Source of the DNA: Girardia tigrina
Lineage: Eukaryota
Length of the DNA: 50,769 nucleotides
Direction: 5' to 3'
NCBI GenBank assembly: GCA_001938485.1
Contig: MQRK01249966.1
Span: 1-50,769 of the forward strand
Below the pieces are notes generated by a model, which saw only the letters and a list, made by a program, of their open reading frames with translations, ran no database searches and had not been told where the DNA came from. Positions 35,131-48,300 of the stretch are shown piece after piece. The first letter of the stretch is position 1; every line of letters starts with the position of its first letter. The translations under genes were made by a program, and so were the position numbers.

Positions 35131-37202
35131 TATAAATTTAAAAACTTTAAAATGTTGAAGAGTACAACACCAGTTATACCTGGTGGTTTAAAGTCTCTAT
35201 TGCAACTATTTTTTTACGTCCTTACACAAGTCATTATGTCGTTTGCATGAATAATAGAATATTTGACTGTTAAATATTTAAAAAATCATTTAAACTAGGT
35301 GTAGGATTGCATGTTCCTCTGTTTGCTTCTTTGCGAGAATGGGATCAAATAATAGTTGCAACTGTCATTAGATCCTTTAAAATAGATGGTATCTCTAATA
35401 TTACGGGTGAAATATAAGAGGATTAATTACAATTAATCCGATTGTTGGGTTTTATTTCTAACACAAACAACAACTATTCAAACAATTTTTCGTCGAGGAA
35501 CTTTTCTTCTTTTTCTTTTTGACCAGATTTTTATATAAAAATATGGAATTATAAATACTGATAAGCTATTTTAAAATAAATTTTTTTTATTCTCTTTATT
35601 TTGAAAATTTACATTCCACTATTTTATGCAACTTCATTTAAATTAAAACCAACATAATTTATTGTAGTCATATTTTTACTAAATTAACAAAAATGATTTT
35701 TATTATTTTAGAATTAGTTTAATGTTATTTTCTTTTATTTGTGAAAACATTTTTAATTAATAAAAGATTTTAACGTTTTATTTATTATCAATATTTCAGT
35801 TTAAAAGCCTTTTATTACCCACAATAATTCAAAATACAAAAATAAACAATTTTAAATACAATTTAAAAACATTTTTTTACCTACAATTATTTTAAATACA
35901 ATAAAAAATTTTAAATACAATTTAAATATAAAAAAATAATTTACAGTATTCAAATTTTTATTATTATTACGATACATTAATGATAAAAGTTTTAAATTTG
36001 ATTTTTTTTACGAAAACTGTTTAGAATAAAGTATTTGTCAAATCTTTAATTTGCAGAATTTCAAACTGACTTTCAAATTTAAAATTATCTGTTTTTTTTA
36101 ATTTATATCTCTAGCAACAAACTTCATTATTTTATTTTTTAGGATAACTTTTAAAATTAGTACAAACATAATAATCCTTGTCTTTATATATTTCTTTTAA
36201 ATCAATTATTTAAAAATCCATTATTTCCCAATTAATTTCATTTTAAGTTTTTACTCTACAATTAAAATTTGATTATTTCCGAAAATAACTTTTTAAAATT
36301 AATTAAGATATATTTTTTAATTATAATTGATAAGAAAACTTTTGATTTTAAATATTTCCTTATTTTAGAAATTCTTTATAAAAATTAATTATTTCAAAAA
36401 TTTTAAGAGTGAACCTGTCCTTCGCACCGATAATTATTGGACATTGATGATGATCAAGGCAACATTAAGTCAGGAGACTCGAACTTTGATTCATATGAAA
36501 AAAATGTGAACAATGAATCTTCGAACATACTCGAGAAATTATTTTCCTCAGATAATTTAAAAGATGATATCTAACAAGTGCAAGTGAGTGATTAGGTAAA
36601 AATAATGATTACCTGTGTTTTATTTGTTTATTTTTTTATTAAAATGTTAGGTTTATTAATTATAATCCCTACATGTTGTATTCTTCAACATTATTAAATT
36701 TGTATTTCGCATATAATAGAAACCCTTAATTGCAATGCTACCCACTAGTTGTAATTCATACCTTATACACTATTGCATACGACACTCTTGAAAAGTCTCC
36801 AATGTATTTTATAAAAATAGTATCGTTTCTGAGAATAAAATAATTTTAATATTTCAAAAAGAATATATTATTGATTATCGTAAATTTTTATTTTAGGCTC
36901 AACGAAAAAAAATCCAAATAGATTTAAAAGCACAATTTTTTTAACATTTTTACAGTCATAATATATTATTTTCGTGAATATACCATTTTTAAAAAAAATT
37001 CTCCAGTTTCAAAATTTATTTTATTTAAAAAACTTTCTTTAAAGGGTTTTTATTCTTTCAAATTTTATTAATTAAAAAATCAATTTACTATTAAATTCGA
37101 TGTTATTTAAATTTAATAATTATTTTGTTTGTTCGTTCTCCAGTAACATGAGGACAAATATATCTAATTCAAATTTTTACAATTTTCATAATTCGGTTCT
37201 TC

Positions 37203-39351
37203 ATGAAACCACTATGTGTAGTTTTGTTGCTATTAAGTTTCATAGTCGTCGCGAGATCGCAAATCGAGGGTTTATATTGTGGCAAAGACAACTGCTATGA
37301 AGGTAGAGTTTTGATTGTCGTTCTGATTTTCGTTTCACGTGGCAAATAAAATTAAAAAAAACAGTTCTCGGAATTACTCGAGACGATGATAAAGCAACAA
37401 TTAGAAAAGCCTACAAAGTATTGGCGAAGAAATTCCATCCGGATAAACAGAGAACCGAAGAGGACAAAGAAGCGGCAGAAATAACTTTTAGGAAAATTGC
37501 CGCGGCATATGAAGTAATACGAGTTCAAATAATTTTTGCGATTTTTTGTCCATTTTTTTATTAAAAGAAAATCGGGTTGCGACCCTCATATTCTTAGAAA
37601 TTGATGTTAATATAATGAAAAACAATCTTCTTTTTCAATTATTTTAAAATGATTTATTGTTGTTATTTATGAAAAATGAATTTTTAAGAAAAATATTATT
37701 TAAAGTTAAAGTAAGTCCTATTTAAGTCTAAACTGGAGTAAAATATGATATATATATATATATTAAACCAAATTTGTGTAATTGCCGAATTCGTGAACTT
37801 GTCAAAATTTTCCTAATTCACTGACTATTTGAAAAATTTTCAATATAATATGAAAAATCTCAATTTATTATGCAAAATAGACTCGAAGTGTAAAATTTTT
37901 ATTCATAGTTATTACAACTTATTTCTGGGTGACAAGCTGAATCGCAAACGTTTGTATTTTTAAAACATTTTTTTCGTATTAAATGCAGAATATTTTATAT
38001 TAATTTCATAATTGAAATAAAAAAATTGCCGTTCTCGAATTTGGGAAGTCGATTGCCGAATACACAAATTCGCAGAACATATATATTAGGTTGGAGAAAA
38101 AGAAATCCATTATTTTGGCGTGAAATTCAAAACTTTATTTAACATGTTTCGGATTGTTCTCTTGGAGTCAAATATGCACTGTTTTGTTGTATTATTAGTT
38201 GCCATTTTGAAGGTAGCTTCATAATGCCTCTCTCGTAGAAGTCTTGGTCCTTATTGGCGAAAAACTGTAGTAATCGATTTTCACAATCTTCTATTGATCC
38301 CAATTTCTTATCACTCAGGAAATTTTGCAATGCGAGAAAAAGATGGTAATTGCTTGGTGCTAGGTCCGGACTATATGGTGGATGCGTTAAAACTTCCCGG
38401 CCAAGCTCCCTGAATTTCTAGCGAGTCACTACAAACGTATGTGGTCTGGCGTTGTCGTGATGGAACTCAACACCTCTTCTGTTGACCAATTCTGGTCGTT
38501 TCTCATCAATTGCTATCTTCAAACGGTGCAGTTGTTGACAGTACAGATCTGAATTTAGTGTTTGGCCAAGCGGAAGCTACTCATAATAAATGATTCCTTT
38601 CCAGTCCCACCAAATACACAGTAGAACCTTCCTGGCCGTTAGTACTGGTTTGGCGACCGTTTGAGGTGCTTCACCGTGCTTTGACTACAATCGTTTTCGT
38701 ACAATATTGTCGTATCTCACCCTTTTCTCATCCCCAGTAACCATCCGTCTTAGAAATGGGTCGATTTCATTTCATTTGACCAAGGCTTCGCAGATTGAAA
38801 TTCGATCCATCATGTTTTTTGGTGTTAATTGGTGTGGAACCCAAACATTAAGTTTCTTTTTGAATCCTGCTTTGCCCAAATGGTTTAAAACCGTTTTGTG
38901 GTCAATCTTCAGCTCCTGTGCGATTCTACGACTACTAACATGCCGGTTAACTTCGATCATTACCGAGATTTTATCGACATTTTCAACGATAGGCCTGCCT
39001 GTGCGAGTTGCATCTTTAACATCAAAAATGCCTCCACGGAATCGACGAAACCAAAATTGCGTGTAATTAACTGTTACAGTATTGGCACCATAAACACCAT
39101 TCACAATAACAGCCGCATGGCTTGCATTTTCGCCTTTATCGAATGAAAACTGTAAACTGTACCGAATTTTTTCTTTGTTGACTTCCATTTTTAACATCCT
39201 GTAGCTCAGAAGTGAATAAAAAAAGCAAAAAATTTTTTGTGAAATTACTGTGAAATGTTACCTTGACAAAGATCATAAATTTGAAATTGTTTCATCGATA
39301 AATAATTAATTAAAATAATAGTTTAAAATAATGGATTACTTTTTCCCCAAC

Positions 39352-39396
<45 letters not shown>

Positions 39397-42300
39397 TATT
39401 GAGTCTTGTGAACGCTAATTTAATATTTTTGAAAAATAATTTTCTTAAACTTTTTTTTAAGAAATTAATTATTGTACATGTTTTGAAAATTCTTTTTCAA
39501 TCATCAGCAATTTTATTTGTTGGTTATAATGTTACTTTTTTCATAAAGTTATATTAAAATGGAAAATATATTTATTTAAGATATTAATAGCAAAATTTTC
39601 ATTAAAATTTTAATGAAAGATNNNNNNNNNNNNNNNNNNNNNNNNNNNNNNNNNNNNNNNNNNNNNNNNNNTTAAAATGGAAAATATATTTATTTAAGAT
39701 ATTAATAGCAAAATTTTCATTAAAATTTTAATGAAAGATTTGAAACAGCTTTACTTTTTCCATTTTGAATGTTTATTAATGGGCTGTAGTGTAATATTAA
39801 TAATGTTTTACCGTAATTTATCCGCTCTCTAATCATTAGCTGCTCTGGAGAAATATTTTTTAAAAACATTTTCAGGCCTTTTGACCTAAATTTAATTTAG
39901 AAATTTAATTAAAAATAAAATTATTAATTAATAAATATTTAAATTTTTATTTTATTAATTTATATTAACTTTATTTTTATCAAAATTTTTGAAAATTTCA
40001 ACCATTTTCATATAAAATATGTTATTTTTGATTTAAAATTTTCAGGTGAGAAAAAAGATTAGCTAAGCTACCACTATAATTTTTGCATATATTTACACAA
40101 AATCTATTTCCCCAGAAGCCGTCGAAATTTTAAAATACTATAATCTTTATGTAAATTTGTAAAATAATACATCAAGCACGAAGAAATATTTCAACCCTTT
40201 ATTCTATGTTTTAAGATAAAATATGTTATCCTTTCATCAAAGGATATCAAGTGGACATCAAACACTGCCATGATTATGAGATAAAAATCAACCATTATTG
40301 TTCAAAATTTTTATATCTTTACGTCAGCGGCCACTATATAATAACTTAATACTATATATTTTAAAAATATAAATTTTCCTCGTACCCAGACGGAAGTAGA
40401 CGCGTTATAATTTTTAAAGTATTTAAAAATTGTTAGATAAAATTTCTAAATAAAGTAAAAAAAAACTTTTATTTAATTTTTTTATAAAGAAATATTTTTC
40501 TTGAATTTTTTTATGATAAATCATTTAAAAAATAAAGAAAATATATCGAAAAAATTTTTAGTAATTTTTTATAAATATATTTAATTTTTTTAAATATTTA
40601 TAAATTAAAAAAACAAATTAAAAAAATACTAAAATGGAAACTTTTTTCATAAAATAAAATGTTTTAATATTAAAATCGTCACTAAATAGACTGTCTTTTC
40701 CGTGTATTGTAGCACAATATTAGATTATTGGATTTCGATAGATCTTACTCAGCCTGCTGTGAACCCAATACAACTATTTTATATAAAAAATATGTAAAAA
40801 TTTGTAATATTTTAATATTTATTTATTGAAAAATAATGATAAATGATTTGAAAATTAAAAAAAATTGTTGTTGATGTGGAGGGATGCATTTTCTACACAC
40901 ACACACACACATATATATATATACATATATATATATATGTGTGTGTATTTGTATAGAAAAAATATATATAGAAGATACTACATCATAAATGCATTTCAAA
41001 TACATTAGTGAAATGTATCTCCCAATTTTTATTTCTTCAGAATCGAGGAGAATATTAAAAATAAATTTAAAATTAGCATTTTTATGCATGAAAATAATAT
41101 GGTAAAATAATATTAAAAAATATTTAACACGTTTTTGTGCCAGCATTATGTCAATATCCGAGAAATAAGGTGGATTTTCTATCGTCGGAGGTTGAGGATG
41201 CTTTTTTTGCTATTGATTTACTCAATTTATTTCACACACGACCTTAGCAGAATTTTCTATATACGGGCTCATTTTTACTAGGGCAGGGTTTTGGTGTTCA
41301 CATTAGGTTGTCTGAATTGATAGCAAAAGTTGATATAAAGGGTTATCGAACATAGGTAGTAAAGTTCGACAATTGAGTTAGTCTCTACGAAATCACTGAG
41401 TCCGCCAAGTTAATTTAAATTTTCTCCTAGAATGATTTTTGTCACGTTTTTGCTGTTCTAAGTACATATTTGGATGAGGCTTCATTATGTCGATCACTAT
41501 TTCTAGTAATTTAATCGATATGGAGTAACTTTTTTCCTGTAATTTTTTGCCACTAAGTATGATTGGTGAACTTTCTAGGGGAATATTTTGTTAAAATTGT
41601 GCAGGTGAGATAAACGAAAAATTAGGAAATCTGATGATGATTAGTGAAAATAGATATGAGATCCTAGTCGTAGTTTGGCTATTTAATGAAAATTTATTTT
41701 TTTCGCGAGAACATCATGTGTTTTTTGTTTATTTTAATAAAATTAATAATAATAAAGATTGTAAAATATGTGCTTTTTCTTAAAACAGTTTGATGATTCT
41801 CTGAACAAACCTTAGAAGGAATTTAATACATCAACATCGTTCTCAATTGAAAATAAAAGAATTTTTAAATCTTTTATTAGAACTAATTTTCACAATTTCA
41901 TTATTTAATTTTAAATATAATAAAAAATTTTCAAAATTTGAAATCTAATTTTCAATTTAATGATCAAAATTTAAATATGAATTTTTTTCGAACTGTTTGA
42001 ATCATAACTTAGAATTATCAATCAATTTTCCGGGAAGGAGAGACACAATACTAAAAATAACACAACAACAAAAATGCAACATACTGAATGTTTCGAAATA
42101 TTGCTTTAAAACGTAATTTTAGCTTATCATTTGCTATCATACAAATTAAAATTTAATTTATTTTTAATATTCTGCTCGATTCTGAAGAAATTTAAAAACC
42201 AAGGAATATTTTCCCCTTAAAATATAATTTTTATCTTTATATCTATATTTCAAAATCTTACCCGCACAACTTTAACATCAAAATGGTCCAAAATAACTCG

Positions 42301-45300
42301 CCATTTTAGACCCAGATTTTTAATTTCTAAAGAATGGAGAAAAATAAACCCGAGTTTTGCGTTGTAATCCAAACTCTAATTAATTCTTAGTTTTAGTAAT
42401 GCGTCGAAATCATGTAGTTTGAAATGTGTATACAAATTTCAAGTGTTTCAAACATTCTTGTAACATTTTGCACAATATTCAAATATCTTAAGATTCCTGT
42501 AAACTGTTTCAAGGACATCTTGACCAAAGTTGCTTTTTTAGGCATCATTTAAAATTTGTATTAATGTTAAGTATAATATTTTTTAAATAATCTTTTCTTT
42601 GTATTTCATTATATTTTGAATGTTTTTTTTAAATAGTTATTATATTAAATGTCCTGCTGAATCAAAGATTCCGTTAGACCAAAGTTTTTTAAAATTAGAA
42701 AAAAACTCCCTTTTTTCTAGGTAAAGTAATAAGTGTAAATATTACAATATAACTTTTCAGAGTCTTACATTTTATGAAAAATAGATTCTCCGAGATGACG
42801 AACAACGTAAAGAATATGATTATATGCTCGACAATCCAGACGAAATGTATTATCACTATTATCAATATTATCGTCGGCGATACGCACCGAAGGTCGATGT
42901 TAGGATTGTGATTTCAATCATTATTTCAATAATATCTATATGTCAAGTTGGTACTTTCTGGAAACAAAAGGCATTGAGTAATGATTTATATTGACAGTAT
43001 TACGGACAGTGGTCGAATTACAACGAGGCACTCGATTATCTCGTTAAAGAACCGAAGTATCGAATAAAAGCTGAAGAAATAGCAAAGAATGAGGGCCTTT
43101 GGAATGATGGTAAAAAACGGGAAAAGGGTCGAAAACAGACGAAAGAAGAAATCAAAATGTATAAGATGAATTTAATTAAAAAGATTATTAGTGAAAAAAT
43201 GGATATCAAGTTAGCATTGTTCTTCATTTGCTTTTGTTTTGATTTTTATGTAGCTTTATTCAATATTTGAATTAGATATATTTTTAATTTTAGATTTTAA
43301 TTTAATTTAGTTAAAATTTTTTAATTTTTCACGATTGGTTTAATTTTTTGTTTACACTTCGAAATTAAAATAAATAAAATTAAAAAAATATTTTTAGAAT
43401 AAATCCGAATTTGTGTTTAAGTTATATTCTCTTTTCTTTTCCTAAGGTACTTGTATCACATTTGAGATCATTTTAACAAATGAATACTTGTAATATATAA
43501 AATTAAAACTAAACTAAGAACAAAAGATAAAAGAGAAGATAAAAGAAAATCAATGCATTTTTAAAAATTATAATTTTTTTACGAAATATTTTATTTTGAC
43601 TTAAATTTAAAATTAAGAGACCTAAATACAGAGTTGTAACTTGTTTTACCTACTAGTTTTAATTACTGATATCCATAACTGATTTGCAAAATCGGTGGTC
43701 ATTTTGCAAGTGGTTTGTTCTTAAATGTAACTTATTGCGGTTATTTTGCATGCAGATTTCCACAGCATCCCTGAATTGGGTGAACGTTACCATTTTCTCC
43801 AAGAGTGTCGCTGTCACCACAATCGACTGTAACAGGCTGAAACACATTTCTCACTCCCAATTCGTCCTTACACTCGAGCTACCAAGCACACTGAAAACAT
43901 TTATCACTTATCACTCGTTTTACGCACGAGCGTAAACTTTACTTTTATGCATATAAATGAAAACTTTGTTCATATAAGGAGATACTAATATACCGTATTT
44001 ATTCTTATAGAGCGACATGTCGCTCTAATTTTTCAAATGGTTAGAAAAAAAACCATAAAAAAACATAATTTCAAACATGTCGGTGTTCGGAATTTAAATT
44101 CCAGTTATTATATTATAAATCATCTCCAGTTTATAGTTTTATTGCTGTTGCTTCTGGGAAATAAAGACAATAAAGAACACAAGCTTTTAAATGTAGTCCT
44201 GTGGTGGCCTTTGGCAAGCAGTTGTCGCACGACTCTGTACAATGTTGTGTCGCACCAGGAATTTGTATAAATCAGCCTGTTGAAAACTTCATTTCAGCTT
44301 TTCACCAACCGCTGTTTTACCGTTATTGATTGCTCTCGCTTTATCCACCAAACGACTGCGAGAAACCAAGACTTTCTTCTTAATATATTCTTCCACATAT
44401 CACGCCAATAATTTATCCTCTAATTCTGTCGAAGTCAGTTTCCTTCCTCCACCACAAATACACGCTCTCTTGCTTGTCTGAGGAAGTATTTGAGTCTCAT
44501 CTTGTATTTGTTTCCCTTGTTTCATCCGTTCAATGATGACATATCGATTAATTTCAAAATGCTGGGGTGCAAAGCTGTTGGAAGTCTTCTTTGCATTCTC
44601 TAATACACTTAACTTGAATCCAAGTGTGTATGAAGTTCTTTAATGACGAGTGTTTGATTCTATTCATCTTTACCTACAATTTTGACGATGTCCATTGGTA
44701 AAACACATCAATGAATCAATATCAATCTGTCATAATAGAAAGTAAATGTTAGATAACTGTACATGCCTTTAGCTTAGAAGTACCAATCATTAGAGGCATA
44801 AAGTGAGATTATGGTAGGTGTCAGGCGGTGCGTTACACACACTTTATTACTTACTGCTGCACAACCTCACCTCAAGATACAGTCAGTTGGATAACTCGTC
44901 CGCCATCCACTGTGTGTGTGATAAAGCCAAACGTTGATTATGTTGATGATTCATTTTTTAAATGGTTGTTACTAGACCTGTCTAATAGAGCGACATGTTC
45001 TAATTAAGCAATGTCGGTCTATTGTTTCGAATGGTAGTCATCATGTCGGTCTAATAGAGCATGTCGCTCTAATTAAGTACTGTCGTTATATTAGAAGAAA
45101 TACGGTAGTTGGAGTTCGATAATAATAAAATTTATTAAAAGTTATCTTCTGTCATTAATGATAAGTCTATGTATAAGTCTCTGTTCATTTACTTTACTGG
45201 CATGGATTTTGGCACTGATATTCTTCAAAGAATTTGGACGTTTTGTAAAGATCGGAGTAATAAATATCTATCAGCTCTTACTCGGTCATATACTTAAAAC

Positions 45301-48300
45301 TTCGGCCATATATCAGTTACCAAATTTTATGAAACTGTAAGATGGCAGTGTAATTGACATGCTTTAATTGTACATAATTTATGTACTGTACTTTCTGTTA
45401 CGACAATTTTTTTTACAAATCTGTTGTACTATGTAAATTATATTGAATGATTTTTGTTAATATAAATCTTCTTGTAATCAATTAAATCACAGGGTTTGCA
45501 ATGAGACTCTTGCTTAGTCTGACCAGTTACATTAAAATTATTCTTTTATTTTAAAATGCCACCAAATTGGATTTGTATTTAGTTATCGATCATTGTCGAC
45601 TTCAAATCAGATGGAATCATTTCCCCATTTGTCAACCATCCCTTAAATCTTTTCTCTAAATTACATTCGCTTTAGTACACGTTACTGTTATTCTCATTTA
45701 TTTCTTTCACTTTGTCGCATCTGCATTCAGTCACTTATTTTATTTGTACCATTTTAAAATAGGTTATTAGTTTAAGTCAATTATTTATTGTTAATATTTT
45801 GATAATATAAAACATTTACAATTACAGAAGAGCAGCGGTCATTCAAAGACTGCTAAATTAAATCTTTCCTATTAATATTTCAACATTACAAAATGAGTCA
45901 AAAAACACGTGGCTTTACAAAACTAATGGTTGCACAAGATATAATAAAAGAACATCAGAATAAGCCACGCATTTGAAGACGAGAAGCATTTGTTAATTCA
46001 TTGATCGATAATGTTGTGTATCTATTGTATAGGAATATATGCACGATCCAGTAAGTCATATAATCACTACAGCTTAATACATAGAAGTTCTGACATTGCG
46101 CAGATGGTTGAGCACTCGGTGGTACACAAGGTCTGTCCAATGACAATTAATTTGGTGAATACATCACTTAATTAACGTTAATTTTTATTTGTTGGAAAAT
46201 TAATTTTTCCACGTTGCATTAATCGAATAAAACCCGTGAATCATGCATATCAATTAATGTATCAATGTTGTCATCAATTGAAAATTAATGTTTTATGCGC
46301 ATGACGTAATTAATCATTTTCGAATTTCTTTGATAAAGAATTCACGTCATCAGTGCTGATTTGGAGGAATTCAGGAATATTTCCTGGTTCAATGCATCAA
46401 TGTATGCTTTCCGTATGAATCGAACTATATTCTGTTTGGTTCTTATATATAAAATTGATTCTGATAGATCTTTGAAGGAAGCCCTTGACTTTGATTTAAT
46501 TGATTTTAATGAAGAAAATTATCTTCCACATGAACAGGTTGAGCGCCATGGCTGTCATTATGTCGCTGGCAAGGTTACATATAACGGAGTGATTTTTCCA
46601 TGGTGACCGCTCTTTCTATGCATTTTATTTTGCTGCATGGCCGCTTCGATCCTATAGATTGTATAAATAGCAGTTTATTAAATATATATATTAATTTTGA
46701 CATAGAGCTCAACCTGTTGACCTAAATGATAGGGAGAATAGTTAACTTTTAAAATCTATTTCTTTGCACTTTTGGACGAAAAATGACTTAACAAAAGTGA
46801 AGATATTTCTATATCTATTTCAGTGATTTGAAAATTTTATTCGAATTTCTTTAGATTTGAATGAATATATTGTTTAGTTCTGTACCGAGATGCTCTCCTT
46901 TTAATTTCTATATTTTATCCAAATAATTTTCAAAAATTTCAATCATTGAAATATTACAAGCATATTTGTTTTTTAATCTTATAATTCGAAATCCAAAGTT
47001 TTATATTTGATAATAACATTGTTCTTCAAATTAAGAGTATATACGAAAAGAGTTCAATAATATATTTACATAGACGAAAATGATACAAAGTTTATTTTGA
47101 TTTTTCTATGTAATCTCCATTAAGCTCAACGATTTTGTAGTTTTGTGAGGTATTGGAACGATAAAGACAGTATTTTGGGATCTAAATTTAAAATTTTTAT
47201 TTTATATGAATGTAAAAGTTGGATTTCATACTGTTTTTCCGACTCCAACTCCACAGTCATATTTAGATGTTTATTGTAAGCTGTAACGATTTCGTCATGT
47301 TTCAAAATAAATTCTTCTTTTATTTTAGAGCCATCATGACACTAAAAACTTAGAATTTTTTTAAGAAAAAGATATTCTTGTAATACAATGTTAATTAATG
47401 TATCAAGATAAAAATTATAATGTCTAATCTGATTGAAGGTGTAACTTAGTATAACTTAGTATACTTTAAACTCTGATATAAGGTAAATATTAAATTAAAT
47501 TCACATGCTCGAAACTCAAAAGAATGATGAGGAAGAGCGTGTTAAGACACAAAGATTTGGATTATTATATCATATAATAATCCAATTAATTTGAAGAACA
47601 ATGTTATTATCAAATATAAAACTTTGGATTTCGAATTATAAGATTTAAAAACAATTGTAATATTTCAATGATTGAAAACTTTGAAAATTATTTGGATAAA
47701 ATATAATATAGTATATATATATATATATATAACTTCAAGTTTAACAATCTTTATTGATAAAATATTACTTATAGTTGAATAATGATTGATTTATTATTAC
47801 CTAGACGCACACTAACAATACATTCAACTAACCAGAACTATTTATGTATTAATTAAAAGTCATTTCCCGCTTATCGGAATTCATTAAAGTATTACATATC
47901 TCATAAATTAACATTTTTGGACGGTATCCAGCGATATTTAAATCAATGTTTAACTTGTATTAAAATAAAGGTAATAATAATCCAAATCCAAATTGGAGAC
48001 TTATTAGGAGGATGAAGGGGCATGTCAACACCATAGAAATCCGAGAGATATGACTAACATTTGGAACGTCAGAGAATGTTATCTACAAAGAAAAAATTAT
48101 TTCGATTGTTCTTAACGTTTTATTAATTTATTTAGTTTTTAGATTTTGATATCATACTATATGAAGTATAGAAGTATAGAGGCCAAAGTTTTCAAATTCT
48201 ATTTTTAGTATATGAAAAATAAATGTAAAATTTATAAACACAAAAAATATACAAGGTTCGCTGTTAGAATCCGGAAAAATATATTACACAAAAGATTGTT

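Noticed and set aside
39555-39740. ~67-bp direct duplication
   Set aside because: It flanks an N gap exactly, typical of a scaffolding overlap artefact
41628-41660. CTGATGA...GAAA hammerhead-like string
   Set aside because: No helix II or helix III pairing
45200-46640. Possible hAT BED-finger remnant (NPIWWHF...CKPC, minus strand) and nearby short ORFs
   Set aside because: Too degraded, with no TIR or TSD found
47860-48100. Possible integrase zinc-finger remnant (YLNQCLTCIK)
   Set aside because: Single weak motif only
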